Below are positions 57,781-64,000 of a DNA stretch of 64,000 bases, in pieces. Numbering within the stretch: the stretch's first letter is position 1; every line of letters starts with the position of its first letter. The notes under the pieces are model-generated. The model saw nothing but the letters and a program-made list of their open reading frames with translations. It was not told the origin of the DNA and searched no databases. The position numbers and the translations under genes are program-made. Source of the DNA: Candidatus Multivoradales bacterium. GTDB lineage: Bacteria; Acidobacteriota; Thermoanaerobaculia; Multivoradales; JAHEKO01. Location of the stretch: positions 707,528 through 771,527 of the forward strand of contig CBDCXM010000008.1 of NCBI GenBank assembly GCA_965223855.1, written 5' to 3'.

Positions 57781-59220
57781 ATGAAGGCGAGCCGGATCGC
57801 GATGATCGTCCTCGGGAGCCTCGTGGTCGTGCCGGCCGCTGCGGTGCTCCTGGCGGGCGGCGCGCTGGCCGGCGCCTACGCCTTTGCCCGCGACGACGAC
57901 GGGTACTTCCGCGTCGGGCTCGACCGGATCGAGACCGCGACCGCCGCCGTCACCGCCGAGGACATCGACCTCGCGGCTGACCCGGGCACGCCGGACTTCC
58001 TGATCGACCGCCTCGACGTCGACGTGCGGCTCGACGTGACGTCGGCGGCGAGCGACCGGTCGGTGTTCGTGGGGATCGCGCCCCAGGCCGACGTCGACGC
58101 CTACCTCGCCGGGGTCGCCCACGACGAGGTCGACCACATCGACGGCAGCCGGCCCGAGTACCGCACCCGGACCGGGACGCTCGAGGTCGCGCCGCCGACC
58201 GCCCAGGGGTTCTGGTCGGTCGCGACCTCGGGCACCGGCACGCAGGTCCTCGACTGGGAGGCGACCGCCGGTCGCTGGGCCGTGGTCGTCATGAACGCCG
58301 ACGGCGGTCCCGGCGTCGCGGCCGACGTCGAGGTCGGAGTGCGGTCCGGCGTCGTCCTTCCCCTCGCTCTGACCCTGATCGGAATCGGGCTCGTCGGCAC
58401 CATCGCCGGTGTGGTGCTCATCGTGGCCGGCGCGACCGGCGGCCGGCGCGAACCCGCCTCGCCGGCCGCGGCCGTGGCCCCGGTCGAACCGACGGTCCAC
58501 CCCGTCGCGCTCACCGCCCGACTCGACCCCGAACTGTCGCGATGGCGGTGGTTGGTCAAATGGTTCCTCGCCATCCCCCACTTCATCGTGTTGACGTTCC
58601 TGTGGGTTGCGTTCGTCGTGTTGACCGTCGTGGCCTTCTTCGCCATCGTCTTCACCGGCCGGTACCCGCGGGGCATCTTCGACTTCAACGTCGGCGTGCT
58701 GCGGTGGAGCTGGCGGGTCACCCACTACGCGACGGTCGGGGGCATCGGTACGGACCGCTACCCGCCGTTCAGCCTCGCGCCCGACCCCGCCTATCCCGCC
58801 GACCTCGACGTCGCCTACCCCGAGCGCCTCTCCCGGGGCCTCGTCTGGGTGAAGTGGTGGCTCCTCGCCCTGCCCCACTACGTCGTCGTCGCCCTGCTGG
58901 TCGGGGGGACGATCGGCTGGACCGACGTCGGGTGGGACGGCGTGGACGTCGTCGGCGGGGGCGGGCTGCTCGGGGTGCTCGTGCTGGTCGCCGGCGTCAT
59001 CTTGTTGTTCACCGGTGCCTACCCGCCGGCGCTGTGGGGGCTGATCGTCGGCTTCAACCGGTGGGTGTACCGGGTGATCGCATACGCGGCCCTCATGACC
59101 GATGAGTACCCACCGTTCCGTCTCGACCAGGGCGGGGACGAGGTCCGATCCCGCCCGCCCGACGGGGCGGTGCCGCCTGCCGCCGTCGACCTGCGCGAGC
59201 CGACCGTCACCAGCTTCTGA
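57781..59220 (+). CDS. DUF4389 domain membrane protein
   Basis: LSRWRWLVKWFLAIPH, FTGRYP, YPPFSL and a second LSRGLVWVKWWLLALPH...YPPFRL repeat. Confidence 0.88.
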   Translation: MKASRIAMIVLGSLVVVPAAAVLLAGGALAGAYAFARDDDGYFRVGLDRIETATAAVTAEDIDLAADPGTPDFLIDRLDVDVRLDVTSAASDRSVFVGIAPQADVDAYLAGVAHDEVDHIDGSRPEYRTRTGTLEVAPPTAQGFWSVATSGTGTQVLDWEATAGRWAVVVMNADGGPGVAADVEVGVRSGVVLPLALTLIGIGLVGTIAGVVLIVAGATGGRREPASPAAAVAPVEPTVHPVALTARLDPELSRWRWLVKWFLAIPHFIVLTFLWVAFVVLTVVAFFAIVFTGRYPRGIFDFNVGVLRWSWRVTHYATVGGIGTDRYPPFSLAPDPAYPADLDVAYPERLSRGLVWVKWWLLALPHYVVVALLVGGTIGWTDVGWDGVDVVGGGGLLGVLVLVAGVILLFTGAYPPALWGLIVGFNRWVYRVIAYAALMTDEYPPFRLDQGGDEVRSRPPDGAVPPAAVDLREPTVTSF

Positions 59221-59235
59221 ACCACCGCCCGAACG

Positions 59236-60171
59236 TCAGAACACGATCACGCAGCGGCCCCGCACCCCGCCGGCCTGCAGCCGCCGATGGGCCTCGGCTG
59301 CGTCGTCGGCCGGGTGGGTCGACGCGACCCGTAGGGTGACCGCGCCGTCCTCGACCTGCTCGCGCAGCCGCTCGAGCAGGTCGCGTCGATGGTCGTACTC
59401 GAAGACCCAGGTGCGGTGGAAGGCGATGTCGCGCTCGCCGGTCCCCTTCCATCCGCGCACCGCGGCGTACGCCCCGCCGTCGCGCACCGCGGGCAGCACC
59501 AGCTCGTTCTGCACCGACCCGTCGGCGAGCGCGTCGACACCGGCGGGGAAGGCGGCGCGGATCTGGCCGGCCACGTCGTCGCCTCGCGGGACCACGACGT
59601 CGGCGCCGAGCCGGCGCACGAGCGCCTCGTCGGACTCGGATGCGTCGGCGATCACGGTCAGCCCGTCGGCCTTGGCCAGCTCGACGACGTACCCGCCGTA
59701 GCACCCCGCCGCCCCGGTCACCGCGAGGGTCTGCCCTGGCGAGAGTGCGAGCTGATCGAGCGTCAACCGGGCGGTCAGGCCGTTCATCGGCAACGTCGAC
59801 GCCTCGGCGTGGCTCGAGCCGCGCGGGGCCCGGGCGACCGCATCCGCAGCCAGGACGATCTGCTCACGGTAGGCCCCGTGGGTGCCCGCGGGGATCACCA
59901 TCGCCATCACCGCGTCGCCGACGGAGAGGTCGGTGTCGGTGCCGGGGCCGATCTGGTCGACGACGCCCGCGATGTCCATCCCGGGGATCAGCGGGCGAGG
60001 CGCGTCGGCCAGATCGGGGCGGGTCCCGGCGCGGATGTGGGTGTCGGTCGGGCTGACCGCCGCCGCGTGCACCCGCACCCGGACCTCACCGGCGCCCGCG
60101 TCGACCTCGTCGAGCTCGACGATCTGGAGGACCTCGGGGCCCCCGAACTCGATCACGCCGACGCCGCGCAT
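59236..60171 (-). CDS. NADP-dependent MDR/quinone oxidoreductase
   Basis: FGGPEVL, IPGMDIAG, LPMNGLTA, VTGAAG..GGY. Confidence 0.92.
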   Translation of the reverse strand: MRGVGVIEFGGPEVLQIVELDEVDAGAGEVRVRVHAAAVSPTDTHIRAGTRPDLADAPRPLIPGMDIAGVVDQIGPGTDTDLSVGDAVMAMVIPAGTHGAYREQIVLAADAVARAPRGSSHAEASTLPMNGLTARLTLDQLALSPGQTLAVTGAAGCYGGYVVELAKADGLTVIADASESDEALVRRLGADVVVPRGDDVAGQIRAAFPAGVDALADGSVQNELVLPAVRDGGAYAAVRGWKGTGERDIAFHRTWVFEYDHRRDLLERLREQVEDGAVTLRVASTHPADDAAEAHRRLQAGGVRGRCVIVF

Positions 60172-60232
60172 GGCGGTTCCTCCTGCTCGCGGTCGACGCC
60201 ATCATGCCCGGTGGGGCGCTACGGTGCGCCCG

Positions 60233-60715
60233 ATGTCGCAGCCCGTCCCCGATCCCGAGGCGGTCGAGGCGTTCTGGGCCCGCTACCTCGCGGCGGTCGA
60301 CGAGCCCACCGGCGCCCGATGGTCGGCGGCCGAGTGCTTCGGCGACGGGCCGGCAATGGCCGACGCGCTGCTGGCGCTGGTCGTCGACGGACCCAAGCGG
60401 GCCACCGCGGGTGCGCTCGCCGACTACGAGTCCGACGACGAGCCGCTGCCTGCGGTCGGCGATCGCTGGATCGTCCTCGACGGCGGCGGCACCCCCCGGG
60501 CGGTGGTCGAGACGACCGAGGTACGGATCGGGCCCCTGTCCTCGGTCGACGAGGCCTTCGCCTGGGACGAAGGGGAAGGCGACCGGACCCGCGCCGACTG
60601 GCTGCGGGGCCACACCGCCTTCTTCGAGCGCCGCTACCGCGAGCTCGGGCTCGACTTCGGCCCCGACATCGCGGTGGTGTTCGAGCGCTTCGACCTCCGC
60701 TACGCCGAACGCTGA
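60233..60715 (+). CDS. ASCH domain protein
   Basis: FGD...AD.LL.LV..GPKRAT, FAWDEGEGDRT, VVFERF. Confidence 0.92.
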   Translation: MSQPVPDPEAVEAFWARYLAAVDEPTGARWSAAECFGDGPAMADALLALVVDGPKRATAGALADYESDDEPLPAVGDRWIVLDGGGTPRAVVETTEVRIGPLSSVDEAFAWDEGEGDRTRADWLRGHTAFFERRYRELGLDFGPDIAVVFERFDLRYAER

Positions 60716-60741
60716 CCGAGTGTCCCCCCGAGGGGCCGCGG

Positions 60742-61587
60742 TCAGGCCGGGCGGTCGGTGCCCAACACGGTCACCCGGTGCATGCGCCGGGTCTGGCCCG
60801 ACCCGGCGAAGTCGGCGACCGCGCCGTGCTGCACCGTGCGGTTGTCCCACATCGCCACCGAGCCGGGCTCCCACTTGAACCGGACCTGGAAGCTCGGGTG
60901 CTCGAGGTGGGTCCGCAGCAGGTCGAGCAACAGGGCGCTCTCGGCCGGGGTCGTCTGATCGATCCGGGTCGTGAACTGGCGGTTGACGAACAGCACCTTG
61001 CGCCCGGTCTCGGGATGGGTCGTGACCACCGGGTGCAGCACCTGCGTCTGGGCGAGCTCCTGGGTCCCGGTCCAGCGGGTCGCGAACGCCCCGCCGCGCT
61101 GGTTGGGTCCCGTCCCGAACACCTGGTTGGAGTCGTGGACCGCCCGGAGCCCGGCGATCCGGTTCGCGAGGGTGTCGGACAAGGCGTCGTGGGCGGCCGC
61201 GGCGTTGGTGAACAGGGTGTCGCCACCGGCCGCCGGGCATTCGTGGGCGTAGAGGATCGACGCCATCGGCGGGATCGGCTCGAACGTCGCGTCGGCGTGC
61301 CAGTCGAGGAAGCTCGTCATCGCCGACGTCTCGAGCTCGATGATCTCGGGATGGTCGGGTCCCAGGTTGGGCGCGTACGGATGGACGTGCAGCTCGCCGA
61401 GCCGGCGGCCGAACGCCACGTGCTGGTCCCGGCTCAGGCGCTGATCGCGAAAGAACAGCACCCCGTGGTCGAGCCACGCCTTGCGGACCTCGTCGAACGC
61501 CCCATCGTCGTCGATCAGCTCCGCGATCTGGACCCCGCGGATCTCCGCCCCGGCGTGACCGGTGAGCGGACGGACCTCGATCGCCAT
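60742..61587 (-). CDS. TauD/TfdA family 2-oxoglutarate dioxygenase
   Basis: GAEIRGV, WHAD, GGDTLF, HPVVTTHPETGRK, WDNRTVQH. Confidence 0.95.
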   Translation of the reverse strand: MAIEVRPLTGHAGAEIRGVQIAELIDDDGAFDEVRKAWLDHGVLFFRDQRLSRDQHVAFGRRLGELHVHPYAPNLGPDHPEIIELETSAMTSFLDWHADATFEPIPPMASILYAHECPAAGGDTLFTNAAAAHDALSDTLANRIAGLRAVHDSNQVFGTGPNQRGGAFATRWTGTQELAQTQVLHPVVTTHPETGRKVLFVNRQFTTRIDQTTPAESALLLDLLRTHLEHPSFQVRFKWEPGSVAMWDNRTVQHGAVADFAGSGQTRRMHRVTVLGTDRPA

Positions 61588-61589
61588 GG

Positions 61590-62567
61590 TCAGCCCTCCA
61601 GCGCGGGAAGCACCTTGTCGACCGACAGCTCCACGCTCGACCACGCCTCGTCGATCGGCATGCCGCCGACGAGCGGATGCAGCGACAGCGCGCCGGTCGC
61701 CTTCGCCCGCTCGGCGGCCTCGGCCGGGGTGAGGACCTGGTAGATGCCCTCGGCGCGCAGCTCCTCGACCGTCGAGGCCTTCGAGCACACGGCCGAGGTC
61801 TGGCCCGGCGGCTGCCAGTTCTTGTAGGTCATCGCCTCGAGCATGAAGTGGTCGCCCAGCTCCGCCCAGACCCGGTCGGGGTCCTCGGCGACGTGCACCA
61901 TCGCCACCTGGTCGGGGGCGATCACGAACCCCTGGGTTCCCAGCCGCTCGCACTCCGCGTAGTAGAGGGCCTCGATCTCGGGGAACTGGCCCGGGAGCTG
62001 CAGCGGCAGCCCGAGCCGAGCCGCCCGGCGCGCCGACACCTTCGCCGACCCGCCGACGAAGATCAGCGGATGGGGCCGGGTGTAGGGGCGGGGCCGCACC
62101 TGAACCATCTCGCCGTTGTGCTCGAAGGGTTCGCCGGTCCACGCCTTCAGCAACACGTCGAGCGCCTCGTCGAGCAGCTTGCCGCGCGAGGCCCAGTCCT
62201 TGCCGGTCGCCGCGTACTCGACCGGCCGGTAGCCGATGCCGGTGCAGATCATGATCCGCCCCTTCGAGACCAGGTCGAGCACCGCCACGTCCTCCGCGAC
62301 CCGGATAGGGTCGTGGAGGGGGAGCAGTAGGGCGGAGATCGTCACCGTGACCTTGTCGGTCGACGCCAGGATCATGCCGGCGTTGAGCAACGGGGTCGGG
62401 CTCCAACCCATCTCCGATGAGTGGTGCTCCTCGAGGGAGATCCCGTCGAAGCCGGCCTTGTCGACATACCGGGCCATCTCGATGCCGGCGCGGTACCGGT
62501 CGCTCATGTCCTCGGGGTCGGTCGGGTCGGCATGGACGAAGTTCAGCCGGATCAGCTTGTAGGTCAC
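61590..62567 (-). CDS. LLM-class flavin-dependent oxidoreductase
   Basis: EEHH, LLPLHDPIRVAEDVAVLD.VS.GR, GIGYRP.EY, AARLG. Confidence 0.92.
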   Translation of the reverse strand: MTYKLIRLNFVHADPTDPEDMSDRYRAGIEMARYVDKAGFDGISLEEHHSSEMGWSPTPLLNAGMILASTDKVTVTISALLLPLHDPIRVAEDVAVLDLVSKGRIMICTGIGYRPVEYAATGKDWASRGKLLDEALDVLLKAWTGEPFEHNGEMVQVRPRPYTRPHPLIFVGGSAKVSARRAARLGLPLQLPGQFPEIEALYYAECERLGTQGFVIAPDQVAMVHVAEDPDRVWAELGDHFMLEAMTYKNWQPPGQTSAVCSKASTVEELRAEGIYQVLTPAEAAERAKATGALSLHPLVGGMPIDEAWSSVELSVDKVLPALEG

Positions 62568-62636
62568 GGAAGGCTCCCGGTGGAGGTGTCGGGAACCGAA
62601 GTGTCGGTCACGCGACCGGCTCTGGGCAACCGCGGC

Positions 62637-63122
62637 TCAGGCCAGCATGCTGCGCAGCATCCACGCCGTCTTCTCGTGGACCTGCATCCGCTGGGTCAGC
62701 AGGTCGGCGGTCGGCTCGTCGGCGGCGCGCTGGACGGCGGGAAAGATCGACCGGGCCGTCCGCACGACCGCTTCCTGGCCCTCGACCAGGCGGCGGATCA
62801 TGTCGGTCGCGTCGGGGACGTCGTCGTCCTCGGGGATCGACGACAGGGCGGCGAACTCCCGGTAGGAGCCGGGGGCCGGACGGCCGAGGGCTCGGATCCG
62901 CTCGGCGATCAGGTCGACGGCGAGCGCCAGCTCGTTGTACTGCTGCTCGAACATCAGGTGCAGGGTGTTGAACATCGGGCCGACGACGTTCCAGTGGTAC
63001 CGGTGGGTCTTCAGGTACAGCGTGTAGGTGTCGGCGAGCAGCCGTGAGAGGCCGTCGGCGATCTCGGTCCGGTCGGCTTCGCTGATGCCGATGTCGATGG
63101 TGGGGACAGTGTTGGTGCTCAT
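62637..63122 (-). CDS. dps: Dps DNA protection protein
   Basis: [46 protein letters not shown]. Confidence 0.96.
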   Translation of the reverse strand: MSTNTVPTIDIGISEADRTEIADGLSRLLADTYTLYLKTHRYHWNVVGPMFNTLHLMFEQQYNELALAVDLIAERIRALGRPAPGSYREFAALSSIPEDDDVPDATDMIRRLVEGQEAVVRTARSIFPAVQRAADEPTADLLTQRMQVHEKTAWMLRSMLA

Positions 63123-63192
63123 GTCGCCAGGATGCGCCCGCTCCGCCCCCAAGTCCAACGAATCGCGGTGATGGGTGCGATAATCTCTAATT

Positions 63193-64000
63193 ATGGAGAT
63201 GCCGACCTTGCGCCAGCTCGAGTACGCGGTCGCCGTCGCCGACGAACGCCATTTCGGACGGGCGGCGGCCTCGGTTGCGGTCTCCCAGCCCGGGCTGTCC
63301 AGCCAGCTGCGCGAGCTGGAGCGCCGGCTGGGGGTCGTGCTGTTCGAGCGGGCGGCGGGGCAGGTCCGCCCGACGGCCGAGGGGGTGGAGGTGGTCGTTC
63401 GGGCCCGATCGATCCTCACCGCGGTCGGGGAGCTGACGGAGGTCGCCGCCTCGCTCGGCGGAACGGTGCAGGGCGAGTTGCGGATCGCCGCGATCCCCAC
63501 CGTCGCCCCGTACTGGCTTCCGGCGCTGTCCCGAGTGGCGCGCGAGCGCTGGCCCGGGGCTCGCCAGGACATCCAGGAGCTGCAGACCGGGGCCCTGGTC
63601 GAGGCGATCGAGGGCGGCGGCATCGATGTCGGGCTAGTCGCGGTCCCGGTCGACACCGCGGCGTTGCACGTCGAGACGGTTGCCTTCGAGCCTTTCGTGC
63701 TCGCCCTGCCGCTCGGTCACCCGCTCGCCGGGTCCGATCCGCTCCCGATCGGGGAGCTGGCCGGCCTGCCGATGCTCCTGTTGCCCGAGGGCCATTGCCT
63801 GCGGGACCACGCGCTCAGCGTCTGTGACATCGCGGGGCGCGTCGACTCGCGCGAGGTGCACGGGGCCAGCCTGGCCACCCTCGGCCAGATGGTCGCCAGC
63901 GGCATCGGGGTCACGTTGCTCCCCGCCGCTGCGGTCGGGGTGGAGGCCCGCCCCGGCAACGGGCTCACCACCCGGCCCCTCGCCGCACCCGTCCCCGGCC
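63193..64000 (+). CDS. oxyR: OxyR-like LysR regulator, runs off the window
   Basis: [25 protein letters not shown]; [13 protein letters not shown] with both redox Cys; divergent from dps; absent from the ORF track because there is no stop in the window. Confidence 0.88.
   Translation, partial: MEMPTLRQLEYAVAVADERHFGRAAASVAVSQPGLSSQLRELERRLGVVLFERAAGQVRPTAEGVEVVVRARSILTAVGELTEVAASLGGTVQGELRIAAIPTVAPYWLPALSRVARERWPGARQDIQELQTGALVEAIEGGGIDVGLVAVPVDTAALHVETVAFEPFVLALPLGHPLAGSDPLPIGELAGLPMLLLPEGHCLRDHALSVCDIAGRVDSREVHGASLATLGQMVASGIGVTLLPAAAVGVEARPGNGLTTRPLAAPVPG

Noticed and set aside
63132-63827. 231-aa plus-strand ORF from the track
   Set aside because: Wrong frame; the OxyR-like frame starts at 63193/63199 and runs off the window.

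Overview
GC-rich bacterial DNA that appears to be two unrelated segments joined near position 39,450. The left segment (1-39.4 kb) has gene families I associate with Acidobacteriota such as Thermoanaerobaculia (inference). Its first 22.6 kb is an accessory region with IS remnants, small secreted Cys-rich proteins and a peptide-export locus. That locus runs HlyD adaptor, C39-peptidase ABC transporter, second ABC subunit, an 18-aa ORF missed by the ORF track (MKVKTKVKAG-QSLMPILE), then a CPBP protease, and it sits divergent from an ECF sigma factor and Ser/Thr kinase pair. Further right are glycosyl- and methyltransferases, a sulfatase, SGNH hydrolases, a secreted tail-fibre-like protein, an HUH (RAYT/IS200-like) transposase bounded by inverted repeats that truncates an RHS core, and housekeeping genes (MFS, MscS, ispG, YjjG-like, sodN). 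The right segment (39.45-64 kb) looks actinobacterial, possibly Acidimicrobiia (inference): SDRs, amidohydrolase, monomeric icd, CoA transferase, P450, Baeyer-Villiger monooxygenase, MarR operon, TauD, LLM oxidoreductase, dps and oxyR. The best candidate for an undescribed system is the short Lys-rich-leader peptide export/signalling locus at 9.4-18.7 kb. No rRNA, tRNA or CRISPR array was recognised. All family assignments come from motif recognition, not database searches.
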